From Takakia lepidozioides (lineage: Eukaryota; Plantae; Bryophyta), in contig CM060732.1 in NCBI GenBank assembly GCA_030704615.1, positions 49,848,001 through 49,912,000 of the forward strand: 64,000 nt of DNA, given 5' to 3'. The notes beneath the pieces were generated by a model. That model was not told the origin of the DNA and made no database searches. It saw only the letters and a program-made list of their open reading frames with translations. Below, piece after piece: positions 27,050-41,155 of the stretch (position 1 is its first letter; the number at the start of each line of letters is the position of its first letter). The translations under genes were made by a program, and so were the position numbers.

Positions 27050-27900
27050 AATCATTTTTTTTTCAAAAAGGGAACAGAGGCCCTAAAAACTTTATTGAAG
27101 CAAGGAAAAAATAACCTTGCAAAGGCCATGAAGGCTGATGAGTGAGACAATGCTAAACCCTGCATAGCTTTATAAAAAGACCCAAGTAGGGTGAGTGTAC
27201 AAATGGGTGTAACTGTCCCCAAGAGGAAACAACCAAAGCTCGTAGAGCTAGATATATTAACACAAAGAAAGAAATCAAACTATTCTAGTATCACCTACAG
27301 CCTGAAGAGGGTCAGACAACAGGAAAGAGGGTGGATCAGAGAGTGCGGGGAGGCGAGATGAAGCCGCCCTAGCAACCTCTGCCCGACGTAAAATAGATTG
27401 AGCTTGAGCCTTTTGCAAAGCAACAGAAACTCGTTGTCTAAAGAAAGCTACAAGAACAGAGGCGTATGGGCTTCCAAGGCTTTTGTTTTCTGCTGCACGA
27501 TAGGCACATGTGCGAAGGAACTCGTTGAACTGATCAAGTTCAGTAAGGCAAAAGATTGAATCAAGAGGAAAGGAGTACTAGCAGCTGCCTCTCTTGCATT
27601 TAGGCAGGTCAAAAAAAAGCTGAGTCTTAGATTTAGCTCTCCTAATACGGGGCGATGCCTCCAGTTCACTTCAGAATCATCCTCTTTAGTAGGGGAGCAT
27701 CTGGCGCTATGGGAACTCCCAGCAAGTTGGGAGGGAGTCCTTCCATTCCACTCTAGAATCTGTAAGGCGTATGCACAATGAGGTTTCCTTTTCCCAAGGA
27801 ATTGTCAAAGGACGAGAATAGTTGAGTCCGCCTCCTGCTTCCACATTTTTCAAGAGCTGCAAAAATCACCGATCAAGATTTTCTTGCTTCAGACATCAAG
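27050..27900 (-). mobile_element. Possible degenerate LINE 3' remnant
   Basis: AATAAA and an A-run on the minus strand near 27055-27095 and a decayed CxxC-like segment. Weak support. Confidence 0.3.
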
Positions 27901-27929
27901 TCTGAGTGAACTCTGAAAATTACCCTTCT

Positions 27930-29325
27930 AAGACAATGAACAAGCCCCTTGAGGTCCATGAGCATCTGACCTTCCAAATGTGCCAAAGGACATGACCACG
28001 TAATTAGGCATCCCACAGAGGGCATGAACGAAAGATAGCATCATGTTTAAATTAAGCAAAAGAATTGAAACAGAAAGATAACCACAAGGGTCCCAAAGGG
28101 TAGATGATGAGTCCTCTAAGTGAACAGGATGATTTGGGTTCTTCTGTGCTTTTTTTATATTTGCAAGACTAGCCATCTCTTCTTCACTCAGAGTAGGGGG
28201 ATTCATTTCTTCCAATGTATCAGGCGCAATCATCCCTACGCATGAATCACTCTCATCCAATGACAATGTTGTTGCATCGTGCATGGATCTTTGTGTAAGA
28301 CAACTTTCCAGTTGACAGCATTGAACCTTTCATTGGAAACGAACCTACTCCACTTATCTTGGATAAGTAGATGGCTGGTCAGATTCAGGTAGCATGCGAT
28401 TGAAGTCCACAAGCAAAAATCCATATTCATCCCTCTTCATGGTTGGATTGCGCCATGTCATGGTGGTTCTTAGTTCTTACCCATGCACATAGAAATAAAA
28501 CTGGGTGTACACGGCCGTAATCCAGTTGCAATATCTCTCGTACAACACCGCAGACATATGGCGCGGTTTCCATCAACATTCTCCGATTCAGACTCTTGTG
28601 CAAATATTTAAGCAACCCCGCAATTGTATGTGGCATGATGAACAGCCCCACTAGGTACTTGGACTTTGTAGTGGTTTCCATATCATGCCCACATTGACCG
28701 AAATGAACGGGCAACAACGCTAGGGGGAGTGCACAGGGACCGAATATTTGCATAATACACTTCACTGCTTTGGACTTGTCTTTCTACTGCGTTCTTTACC
28801 CACAAGTGGAAGGGAGGCAATGTTGGGATGTTTTCAGGGTAAGGAATTGGTTGTGGAGTGCGTAGACGTTGATTTTGATCTTGAGGGTATGTTGCTTTGA
28901 ATTCTGCTCTCTGTGACTCTTGTTCAGCCTTCTCAACATCGTACAACCTGGTCACACATACAACAAATTAGAATAGTTATGCAACCATGCTCATATTTCT
29001 CCACTTGCAAGTACACTTTTGGCGGATACCTACATGTGCTTAGCCAGCACGCTTTAATGTCAAGTTCAGCACAACAAAGCATACACAAACTTACTCCAGA
29101 AATGGCCTCATGCACTCCGTATTGTGAAGCACATAGTCATGGGCTTGGTGTCGAAGCTCAATAGACATTCTCCGTGGACCTCCGCATCCCTCCAAAACCT
29201 CGCCAGCAACACTCTATTCCTCGTTGAAGTCCCATACCCTCCCGGTGGTGCCCTCAAATTCAGCAATGTATTCTGTGATAAATCCAGGGGCCTCCTCAAG
29301 AATATCCTTGGGCCATAACACAATT
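27930..29325 (-). pseudogene. CACTA/EnSpm TnpD-like transposase C-terminal remnant
   Basis: Minus strand, across stops and shifts: MAQGY.LEEA.GFITEYI...AHDYVLHNTECMRPFL, then YVCGVVREILQLDYG..HPVLFLCAWV and DEYGFLLVDF, typical TnpD C-terminal blocks. Confidence 0.75.
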
Positions 29326-29589
29326 TTAAGTAAATCTGGACTAAAGTTTGGTCCAGAAATAAGGAGAAATATCTGAATATGTATTTTTTAAATCATTTAA
29401 ATGAATTTAAATGGATCATTTTAAATATAAATATATAAATATAAATAATTATTTGTCTATTAATATATAATATGAGCAATAAAAAAACATTATGTATAAA
29501 CTTCAGGAGAAAAAGCAGTTTCTATTTGGCTCATAAAGCAAGTTCCACTATTCACTCGACGTTTAGTAAGAATTGAATGAGATACCAAC

Positions 29590-29806
29590 AGTCAGTAGCT
29601 CAATTGGTGAAGTGCACTGAGTGCCACCCAGATGATTATGGGGTCAAATCTTGCTACTGACGAGTGTGGTATGTTCCTGGGTGGTATTCCATTCCAATGC
29701 CACATGGCGGGGTTACTGTGAAAGAGATTATATTATTAAGGGGGCATGATTTATGAGCTGTCGCTCCCAGGTGTTTCCATTACATTAAAAAATAAATTAA
29801 AAAAAC
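29590..29806 (+). mobile_element. tRNA-derived SINE-like element
   Basis: A-box TAGCTCAATTGG, degenerate B-box GGGTCAAATC, A-rich tail at ~29785-29806. Confidence 0.55.
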
Positions 29807-29849
29807 GGGTGTCGGGTTGATAACTCGCTTCATGATCCGCGGCCTAGTG

Positions 29850-32800
29850 GATGATTGGAGCACCAGTCATATTCGTAACCGCGACTGAGCTTGTGAAGGC
29901 CGTTACTATATAACGTACAAGACAAATCAATCAAATATGTGAGCAAAACATGGCACAATGACACAATACCATGAAATGAAATGAAAGACAATGGGGAGAC
30001 ATTGTTGATAAACAACCAGGTTTTATTTCAGAACCATGTCAATTTGAGTAAGTCTCGCCCCATGCGGCATGGACCAATACAAATAACGTAAACCATGTCA
30101 ATGAGAGTATCAACTTCTAGAAGGAGGGCTGAACTCCGTTAGCACAAGTCATTTCCCAAAATCACGATATTTTGACAAGGTTGGAGGGACCATTTTCAAA
30201 TCTGTATTCTTCCGTTGTTCCGAAGGTTTTCGTCAGCAGAAGATGGAAGAAGTCCCTGAAATGCTGTCTCGAGAATCGTTGATATGGTCATGACCTCACA
30301 AAAAATATCCTCCAATATTACGCCAACCAACAATGTCTTGTGCGACCGAAGTTCAACTGTACTTCTCAAAGAATTGGTGGTCTTGCAGACTTTCAGTGAA
30401 TCGCGAAGATGATGAATTACTCGTATACTCTTCAAAACATAATGTCCAAGTAACTGACCCTGGAGTAAGATGCTGAAAGTATCCAATTGGGCAGTAAGTA
30501 TGTTGCTCATATGCTTCTGGAGAGTGGCCCGGTGGCGAGTACGTTGATGGAGAGAGTGACATTTTCTGCGAAATCTTCAAGCAAATAGTGTCGGGTGACC
30601 AGTCGAGGTTCGTCTGTGACGGGCTGTGGTACTTCTGACGATTTACTATAAAGCACTAGTAAACTGATCACCAACTAAATAATCTCCAACTGACTAACCA
30701 CCAACTAACTGATTGGAGCTGTCACAAACAATGTCAAAAATCTTATTTAATGCTAGGTGTTTGATGCTATTGTTGTTCCTGTAGCTGAATTGTATAGTAG
30801 TCGTTTTGCTATTCCTATGCGAACAGTATCAGGTCCCAAGATACTGTCATATTCAGACTCCCGTATTAGCCACTGCCCACCATCATTGACCAATATAAAA
30901 CCATCAGCTACATGTCAGCTGAGAACTAGATCTTCGATTCATTGTATGCGACCCTAGATAAACACCTTAGTCCACAAGTAGTTGGCCAGCAGCTTGAGAT
31001 ATTTCTCCGGGCTGTGATTGAATGAACTGGAGATTTCATTCTTAGCTGATGGTTTCATGTAGGTGGTGCCTGATTCCGATTTCGGAATATGGCAGTCTCA
31101 GTGGACCTAATGTTGTTGGAATGGGAATAGCAAAAAAACTCATATAGAAATCAGCTACATGAACATACGCGGTATCAAGTACCTTGAAGTACATATGATT
31201 GTTGAGATTGTTTGCACAGATTGTTAGTGACGGTGTTCCTCCTTTGGTGTCCAATCGACATGAAAACGACGAGAATGTCGCTGGAGATTGACGTTCAATT
31301 ACTGACATTTTGCCTCCTCGTAACACTATTTTGGTGTGCAATGATGGACATCAGAACATGTCAGCTCTTTCAAATAAAACATCACGAAGATGCTGTCAAT
31401 TGTTGGAGATCGGATTATGCAAGCAGGGAGAATGAGTTCAAACAACTTAAAGACTAGGATTATAAGATACTTGAACAATCCGCCAAGGAACAAGTCACAC
31501 CATCAGCCTGGATGATTTGAATGCGTGTTCTGAAACACATCAATGAATCATCCAGGATGATGGTGTGAAATATTCCGGGACGGATTATCCGAATACCTTG
31601 AGTTCCCTCGCTGTAATTGACCTGAAGTAACTCATTATGCCTGCAGAATCATCACATCTTCAAATGACAGCATTTTCGTTGTTGAATGCGTGAGCATAGA
31701 AAAAACATCACTCCGACCAATCACATGTGACACTGTTGAAGTAATATAACACTTTGGCAATCGGCTGGAGAACCAGGACGATGCTAAATTCCACTTTTCG
31801 AACCACGAGTGATCGCACGACAGATCTCTGCCTCTACCACCATTGAGAACCCCAAAGAGCCAAGTGCATCCAGATTTCAATCAACCACAATGATGCCATC
31901 AGTTCGTTAGGGAAGGAATTTCGAAGCCGCCAAAATTACTTCAATCTATTTGAAGAGAGATTTTAACAGAGCTTCACAATCCGCTCAGGAACAAAAGAGA
32001 CGACCATCACGGGAGCTTGAATTACGAGATAGGAACCCAAATTCAGTCATAGACGATGATCATGTCACTTGTTCCCCATCGTAATATGAAAATATCGGAA
32101 AATTTCTTCTCCTCCAACCTCCTCCAGCCTCCAGCCTGATCTGTTATTGCTTAAACTGACAATGAAGTCAACTTGTTTTGATAACATCTGATGGCACTGC
32201 TAATCCATGCTAGCTCCACAAGAGGATATATGAGGGAACCACGCGCAATCGCGCGTGATTTCTCTCAAACTTCGATGACTAACATTACAGCCGAAAGGAT
32301 CTGGCATAACATTGACAGAGTTAAATAACGTATGTGTGTAATGAATAGGCCGGCCATAGTTTAATTCATCAATAACACAAAGTTGCTTCCCAAACGGCTC
32401 ACACTCAACGCATATGCTCGAGATCGCCGTCGGTTACCACTGATGGCGGAATTTTGAGCACCCGAGGAGATGGATATAGTGAGAGATTGATGTAAGATAT
32501 GACCAGACACCTCACTGGTAGCTGTACTTGATGACCTTGACAAACATAAAGCCTCGCGGTCCCTCTGCTCAGCCTTACGCTGCCGTTCCTCTTTCTTCTC
32601 CTGTCGAATTTGATTCTGAACTTGAATCTAAAATATAACTGTGTGGAGGCAGCAGAGAAGGGAATTGCTAAAGAAAATACAAAGATCATTGAAATATCAT
32701 TGATCTCACAAAAGTCATTTGAAGTCAACATACGTATAAGTACAAATGGAGGTTGAAGTAAAGCTGATGGACTACACACAAAACAGGGCAATGTTAAACT

Positions 32801-35460
32801 ACGTATCCAGATAATTAGGATCTTTTGAGGGGGGTGCCAAACAGAAGCATCAATAAATCTAAACCAGGACCAGTAGACGTGATTTTGATCTATCGGAGGG
32901 CCGAAAGATTTGCAGGAGTTCTTGCCGACGTAATCAACAACGGACTGGGCTCCAACCAAGCCAGAGAGAAAAGGCCACAAAGCTTTGGTGAGGTCAACCA
33001 AATCCTCCCAATTGCTTGATTCCTTGAATGTGATTGGGAAGACTCCAGTATTCAATGGGTTTCGGAGTGCCTTGGATTGGTCATCGTCGACCAGTAGAAT
33101 TTGCCCCTGCCTAGCAAATTTTTTCCCACTAAATTTTACGATAGTACTTTTAATATCTTTAATAAGATATTTCATTCCAGGCTTAATATGTCCAGCTGTA
33201 TCTGTGCAATGTTCCATATGAAACATAATTGTTTCTTAATTTCCAGAGAAACGAGACACTCCAACATCTTGAATACAGTATCCCTCTTAGAGCAAGACCA
33301 AATCGCTACATGAAAATGAATCAATGTAAGTCGAAGAAACTCCAACACTCCAGATCTTGGAACCACAAATGGTCTTGCGGGCACCCAAATTGTTACTTTC
33401 CTCAAGTGGAACCTCTGTTTAAACAACTCACACCTCCGGTAGGAGTAGGAGGTGGCCTATAGCAAAGAAGTTCATTGACATTCAGTACCAGCAACATGCG
33501 TTTGTGTTTCCAGACACCACACATTTCTTGAGTAACAACGTTCTGAACCATCCAAAAAAGCCCATTAGTATCTGTTATCTGACCCAAAAATTAGGTATTA
33601 CCAATACATTTTGCAACTCAAAAAATGCCACGACATACTTACGTTTTGTACCTAGTTTCTATACCCTGATTTTCAAATGGAATATTTTGCGAAGGTAATA
33701 TTTTCAGCATTACGACACCCAATTGAGACTTAAGACAAAAAATCACAATCGGGAGTCTCTGAGTTTCCTGCAACTACGCGCGATCGCACGAGGTTACTTT
33801 GTGTAAAGTTGTGTCGACGATGTAAATGATATATGTAATGATTACTAGGAAGCCATAACCAATAAGACAGAGGACCAAGTGAAGAAGATACTTATTACCT
33901 TTGCTAGATTTACCCTTCGATTTCTGAGGCGGGTTACCACTGGAGACAGGTGAATGTTGAAAGGATAACAGAACGCCAGATGCTGTTTTTTTATCGTCGG
34001 ACACCGCCGCCGCTGACTGCTGTGATCTGTGACGTTTCCTTGACACAGGACCATCCGGAATTCTGGGGGGTTGGGGATGTGCAGAAATATATGTCGGTCT
34101 TGTCGGTGTGCTGACCTCAGTCGGCGAATGAGTGAGTTCAATAACCTTATCGCTGACGGTTGGCAATGGAATTCGGTTTCTTTCTTTCTGCACATCCTGA
34201 ATCGAATTCAAACAGAAAAAAATGGATTATCTTGGAATACAACCCCACAGAAGTTGCTGCTTCACAGGAAGGTCATACGTTGCAGCTTTTCTGGCCTGGA
34301 GTAAAGAGAGAAAATCAGAGGATGAACAGAAACACGGTAACAATAAAACGCATGGATGAAATAGAATTAAATCACCTGACTTCTCAGCAGCTGAGGTGTC
34401 CAGCCCTCGTGATCCGGTGACCCGCTTGGAATTACGACATGATGAGGAGGCAGTTGAGCGATAGTTGCAACCAATAGTTCGGTAGACTCATGTAGATGCC
34501 CCGTGACGGCGTCTGGTAGAGAAGGACGGCTCCAAAGAGGATTCCCCAATATATTGAGAGTCGTTTTCCACTATGCAGCCAACCCCAATTAAATCATTGA
34601 CCCTGCTAACGGTGGATTCACCTTTTGACATTTTGAGCCTCAAAACAACATCCGAAACACTGATGGGATCACTCTCCATAAAAGCAATGGATGCCTGAGT
34701 AGACAACAAGTTGTCAAGTCCTTGGAAAGCTTCTGGCCTGATCATTTCTACATCGTCAACAATATCAGACGATATTGTTTCGTCAATTGGAGATGCATTT
34801 GTGGCATGGAGAACATATTGATATGGGCATACCTGCAAATGAAATATATGTCAACAAAGTTGAGTTGGAAGAACGCGTAACCACGCGTGGTTCCGAAAAG
34901 AAATCAACGGACATAAAAGAACACCGTTACATATGGTTTGGCAATATAACAATTTCCATGCAAAGCAAAAGAATATCAGAAGAAGACTGAAATTCCATGG
35001 TCTTCACAATCAATTTTAAATAATAAACTGTGTCCACAATAGGACGCGAATATTTACTTATCATTTACTCGGAAATCACGATATTGTGAATTGTTAATAT
35101 AGTCAAGAAGAGGCTTGAACTGTGGATCGTTAACTTTGAAAGGTGGAAATCATATTCTCCTTGTTTTCAAGAAGCTTGAAACGTTCTCAAATTTCAAGAA
35201 GTTAAGCAAGAAATCTCTAAGTTTAAGAAGGAAGAAACACTACAACACACCCTATGTAATTTCGACGATTTAGTTTGACGCTGGCGTTGACTGTTGTCAC
35301 TTTTGACTGTTCCAACCATTTTGCAGTCAAAATTTATATTAAAATATTTGAGGTGCTAGACAACCGCGAAAATTTTGACTGTAGTGAGAGACTTTGACTA
35401 CCTAAAATGAGCTCACTGAGACAACCAGTTACGCAATGGCACGTGTAATCACAATATATA
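29850..35460. mobile_element. Decayed DNA-transposon-like cargo region, related to the 41-64 kb element (boundaries approximate)
   Basis: Shares the FCP1-like gene, the YxPIGYFxHLxPGS protein and the CGCGCGATCGCGCG palindrome with 41-64 kb; TTGAC-rich repeats at ~35270-35400. No terminal inverted repeats identified. Confidence 0.5.
32820..33500 (-). pseudogene. FCP1/NIF-family HAD phosphatase-like gene, frameshifted
   Basis: LLVLNVNELL...VPRSGVLEFL...FHVAIWSCS, then ILLVDDDQSKALRNPLNTGVFP. The first catalytic Asp reads as Asn. Confidence 0.7.
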
Positions 35461-36059
35461 AATTATATAGCAATACATATGTGGATAATAAGAAGTAAAA
35501 AAAAAACTATTTTTTCACTGACCCAGCATATTAATAATAAACTAATCGTGTGCTGGTTAAGGTTAGTGAAACAAAACAACTGAATTATATGAACATAAAC
35601 GTCTTGCTGGCAGCTATTGGATGAACGTATGAAAGGTTAGTGAAACAAAACAATTGGATTACCTGAACGAGTGATAAACAAACGCCTTGCTGGCAGCTAT
35701 TGGATGAACGGATGATAATGCACTTGGCTGGGGTTTAGGGCTGCTAGGTTGCAGTGTGCAGCCTGGCTGGGACTTGGTGTTCTTTTGGGGTCGGCGTGGT
35801 TCGAGAGCTCCGCAGGCTTAGGGACTTAGCGTTTGTTTGTCTTTGTGCCACCATCTGTGTTTTCTTAAGGTTCGCGAACCAGGATAAGCGGTTTCTAAAA
35901 TACTAGTATCTTGCTGTGTGCACATGAGAGAGCGGGTGGGCGAGGGGAGGAGAGAATAGAGAGAGAGAAGTGCCGCGCAGCGAGTGTACTGTTTGTACTG
36001 TTTGTGGGATCGACCTGTATGTTTGCTCTTGTTGTGTCGACCACGGTCACGACGTGTGC

Positions 36060-39000
36060 TATATGGGAGCTTTAGAGCGGAGACAGCAGGGAGTGTTCAA
36101 CAGCATGGCTGAACGAGATGTGGTGTCGCGGAGTGCGATGATTGCAGGATATGCACAGCGGGCGCGGGATGGAGGCTTTGCAGACATATGAGCACCTTCT
36201 TCAACACATTTCAGCCTGTTTTCCCTGTTATCAGGATTCAGAGTCATCCCTAAATTTTCAGGTTGAATTCTGCAAGTTAGCTCGATGTTGGTGCAAAAAG
36301 GTGAATGCATGTTGGAAGCGCAAGTCAGCATAGGAACTAGTGTAGGGTTAGGGTGTTTGCTGGAACAAATCTAGGCTATCATTGTCCGCTGCTACTATGC
36401 ATGATTTGTGCTGAGGTATGGATAGCCGAAGGAGCAGGGCTAGAGTGTGGGTCCAGATTCATCCAAGAGGGCCGGATTTCAAGCTCCAGATTACCTATGA
36501 ATCCCTGTGGAATGATAGCTACAAGAAACCTGCATGCGTAGATGGTCAACTGGAAGCCGCAACAGCAGTAGCGGCGGCACAATTGATAAAATTCAGGTAC
36601 TGCTACTCAAGGCACCTTCTTCAACACATTTCACCCTGTTTTTTCCTCTTATCAGAACCGGTCCTAAATGTCTCTTAAGGCCTTCAGCAGATGGGTTGAA
36701 TAGAGTCACGTGGTTTACTTTTTCAACTTGATTTTCAGATCTTAGGGCATGCGAGAGACAGTGTCAACAATCAATCATTCTTCCTGCAAAGTCTTGGTAT
36801 GCACAATCTGAGACTTGAGATCCTCCACAAAGGCCAGCAAGTTTTTAGTTGAGGATCCACCCTCTGCCATATCCTCATGAGCACAATATTTGAGCTTCCC
36901 TACCCTGGTTCGAATTGCCATGCCCTCCTCCCCTGTCATTAGCTCCCTAATGTGTGCATGATTTGTGCAGAGGCAGAGATAGCTGAAGGAGTAGGGATAG
37001 AGAGTAGGTCTAGATTCATCCAAAAGGGCCAGATTTCAAGTACAAGATTACTTATGATTTCCTGTAGATCAATAGCTACAAGAAACCTGCATGGGTAGAT
37101 GGTCAACTGTCATGCCGCAGCAGCAGCGGCACAACTGATAATATCAGGCACTGGTAATCAAGGCACCTTCTTCACATTCACCCTGTTTTTCCCTCTTATC
37201 AGAATCGGCCCTGAATTTCCATGTTGAATTCTGCAAGTTAGCTGGTTGAGTGAATATAGTTTGGAGTGACTTTGACATGATACTGCCACTGTGACAACAG
37301 GAAAGTATCCAAAAATACGTAACAGAGATGAGGAGAAGCTGTGGAATGAATACTTTTCTGACCCCAGTCAATGGTGGGACACTAGGCAAAAAGGTGACTG
37401 CTTGTTAGATTACATGAGAGTAGCAGACGCAATTCAATATAGGAACTAGTGTAATAAGCTGAGTTGGGTGTTTCCTAGAACAAATCTAGGCTGTCATTAT
37501 CAGCTGCAAGGCAAGGATGTATGCATCATTTGTGCAGAGGCATGGATAGCTGAAGGAGCGGGGATAGAGTGTGGGTCCAGATTCATCCAAGAGGGCTGGA
37601 CTTCAAGCTCCAGATTACCTTGATTTCAGGTGGATCAGTAGCTACAAGAAACCTGCATGTGTAGATGGTCAACTAAACAATATGTCTGTCTGTTGCTTAA
37701 GTGCATCAAGATGGATGGTCTGGAAGCTGGAAAGCAGGTGCACACTCACATTATCCAAAGAGGATTCACACCAAATGTTTAGCACCCTTGTCAACATGTA
37801 TGTTAAGTGCGGGAGCATCATGGATGCTCACCAAGTGTTCAACAGAATGCCTCAATGATCTTTGATCACGTGTAATATTATGTTGGCAGGATTTACCAAG
37901 CGTAGGTGTGGTAGGAATGCTTCGGAGACCTATGAGCAAATGTTGCGCGAAGGGGTGAAGCTCAACCACATCGCGTTTGTTTGTGTTTGCAATGCGTGTG
38001 CAAGCCTGGGAGCTCTGGAAAAGGGCAAAGAGGTCCATAGTGACATTGTCAAAGCTGGAATTGTACCAGATGTCATCCTGGAACAGAAGCGGCAGCAGCC
38101 CAATTGATAGAACAATTCGCTGCTAATGAAGGTACCTTCTTCAATACATTTCACCCTGTTTTGCCATGTTATCTAAGTCGTCTCTAAATTTCATGTAGAA
38201 TTCTGCAAGTTAGCTCGTTCATGATGTGAGCTGGCATGAGTTTTATAAAGATCCTTCACGATGGTGGGACAACCGCAATCACAAGGTGTGGCTTTTCTTA
38301 ATGTACGATGTGAAGAAGTTTGTCCATCCTGCAAAGGTGGGCTCTTGGCTCCTGTTAGTACCATGATTTGGTATTCTTCCTGATGTTTACAAGGTTCTTG
38401 GGAGAGTCAGCTTGGTCTTAGTAGGCCGTGTTTCAATCTCTGCCTGCTCAGCTGCACCGTGGTGGTTCTCACAGACCAATCCAACATTACCTGACTACAG
38501 AGACAAACATCACACACAAGAGGTCATTTTGGGTTGATGCTCGGTCAAATCCTCCATGGGTCAAGGACAATGTGGTGAGGGCACCTTCTTCTTTGACCTG
38601 TTGCAGCCTGTTTTGCCCCCTCATCAGACTTGGCCTGAGATGCATATTGAATTCTGTAAGTTAGCTCATTGGGTGGATCTGTGGTGGTTTGGAGTGACTT
38701 TGAACTAGTGTGATAAGTAGGGTTGGGGTGTTTGCTGGAACAATTCTAGGCTGTCATTGTCAGCTGTTAGCAGCAAGGCAAGGATGTATGCATGATTTGT
38801 GCAGAGGTATGGATAGCTGAAGGGGCAGGGATAGAGTGTGGGTCCAGATTCATCCAAGAGGGCTGGATTTCAAGCTCCAGATTACCTATGATTCCATGTG
38901 GATCAATAGCTACAAGAAACCTGCTGCATGGGTAGATGGTCAAGTAAAGGTAGCAGCTGCAGCGGCACAGTTGATAAAATCAGGCACCTCAACCATGACC

Positions 39001-40345
39001 ACAGCTTCTGAAAGAGGATCAAGAGAGGGAGTCCACAATGCCTCTTCTACTGGGCATGTGAAGATGCTTTGTGAGGCAGGCAGACTGACAGAGGCTCTAC
39101 AACTTTAAACCAACAAGGCATTTCAGCAGATTCAGATATGTTTGTCTGTCTCTTGCTTAAGTGCATGAAGATGAAAGGTCTGGAAGCTGGAAACAGGTGC
39201 ACACTCACATTATCCAAAGTGGATTAACGCCAAATGTTTTTCTACTCAACACCCTTGTCAACATGTATGTGAAGTGTGGGAGCATCATGGATGCTCACCA
39301 GTTTTTCCACAGAGTGCCTCAACGATCTTGATCACTTGGCAGGATTTACTAAGGATGGGTGTGGTAGGAGTGCTTTGGAAACCTATGAGCAACTGCTGCG
39401 CGAAGGGTGAAACCCAACCACATCACATTTGTTTGTGTTTGCCATGCGTGTGCAAGGCTGGGAGCTCTGGAAAAGGGGAAAGAGGTCCATGGTGACATAG
39501 TCAAAGTTGGATTTGTACGAGATGTCATTATGAACACTGCCCTGGTGGTCATGTATGCCAGATGTGGGTGCATTAAGGATGCGAAGGGAGTTTTCAACAC
39601 TATGGCTGAACGAGATGTGGTGTCATGGAATGTGGGGGGAATGTGATGCTTGCAGGGTATGCACAGCAGGGACATGGTATGGAGGCTTTGGAGACCTATG
39701 ATCAAATATTGATGGGGGAAGGGGTGAAGCCCAACCACATCACGTTGCAGCATACTGGTACTTCACAGCCATGGCGGCTCTCTCAACCCCTCTATTTTTT
39801 TTTCCTTTGGTTTTTTTGGCGCTGGGAGAGAGCAGCAGCTTTGCTGTCTCCTTCCCCTTGCTTATGCCGATCGTTAAAGGGGAAATTGTCATTCTGAACT
39901 CTGCCTTGGTGGACATGTATGCCAAATGTGGGTGCAGCAAGCCTGATGTGAAGGGAGAGTTTGACAATATGGCTGAACGAGTTGTGGTATTTTGGAGTGC
40001 CATGATTGCAAGGTATGTGCAGCATGGGTATGGGATTAAGGCTTTGGAAACATAAGAGCAAATGATGTGGGAAGGGATGAAGCCAGACCAGGCCGTCATG
40101 TTCATTTGTTTTTGTAATATGCATATGCTAGCCTAGCAGCCCTGGGAAGGGGCAAAGAGGTTTATGGTGACATTATCCAAGCTGGAATTGTACCAGATGT
40201 CATTCTGAACATTCCCCTGGTGTACATCTACGTCAAATGTGAGCCTGGCAGCCCTCAAAAGGGCACAAAGGTCCATGATGACATCGTCAAAGCTGGAGTT
40301 GTCACTCTAAACACTGCCTTGGTGGATATGTATGTCAAGGCAACC
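36060..40345 (+). pseudogene. Tandemly duplicated, decayed PDF-motif + PLS-class PPR gene array
   Basis: PPR fragments (TLVNMYVKCGSIMDAHQVF, DVVSWN, GVKPNHITFVCVCHACARLGALEKGKEVH) with stops and shifts. Repeated IHPRGPDFKLQITYESLW and WWDNRNHK blocks. Confidence 0.85.
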
Positions 40346-40984
40346 CTGGAAGTGGATGTCACTTTGGGTGACAAGGTAGCTGGCACCACCATTTTCTGGA
40401 ACTCATTCTCAAAATGATTGCTAATGTTCTCTTGACATGTCCACGATAGTGCTGGACCTAGCTGCACGGCAGATTATCCTTACTCAATGACTTCAGTTGG
40501 GCAGTGTTGGTCATTTGTAGAATGTGGCCAAAACTTGTTTAGCAAAACACTCTTGATATAAACCAGTTTTGAGCCATCCAAATGTTTTTGGTTCCGACCT
40601 GTATTTGTATTCTATGTTTTGTTGTATTTGTGATATATTTTCAATGCAGTGCAGCGAATCAAAAAAATTAAATACAATATCCACTAATTCACATACGTAC
40701 AGATATAAACTAAAAGTAAATGAAAAAAACCAAATAACAGTAATAAACAAAACACCAAATATTAAATTAAAAGCCTCCCAATTCATATATATATATATAT
40801 GTATTTTTATATTTTTATGTATATATGTATATACATCCCGTGAAACATATTTACTAAAATGTGTCCTCTTTTACTGCTTCACAGTAGAATATTACACTAT
40901 ACAAAGTCAAGCAAACTCACTATCACTGATTTACAGTCAAACCTTATACTAAACATCATGGAACGTAGTCAATATGTTCCACTG

Positions 40985-41155
40985 CAGTTGAACCACTTTA
41001 CTACACGTCATGCATCCACGTCACTCTGCCCTTGAACCACTCACTACACGTCATGCATCCACCTTATAATTCAGTTAAACCATTTTACTACACGTCATAA
41101 CCATGTCATAACCACGTCGCACCCACGTCATACTGTGCTGCCTACACGTCACCCC
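40985..41155 (+). repeat. Cluster of (A/C)CACGTCA repeats, probable transposon subterminal repeats
   Basis: At least six CACGTCA cores within ~170 bp, with longer units AACCACTTTACTACACGTCATGCATCCAC. Confidence 0.65.

Noticed and set aside
29590-29665. tRNA gene (likewise ~3800-3870, ~6045-6085, ~21230-21300)
   Set aside because: A/B boxes are present but there is no complete cloverleaf, and most copies have a downstream body and A-tail indicating SINEs.
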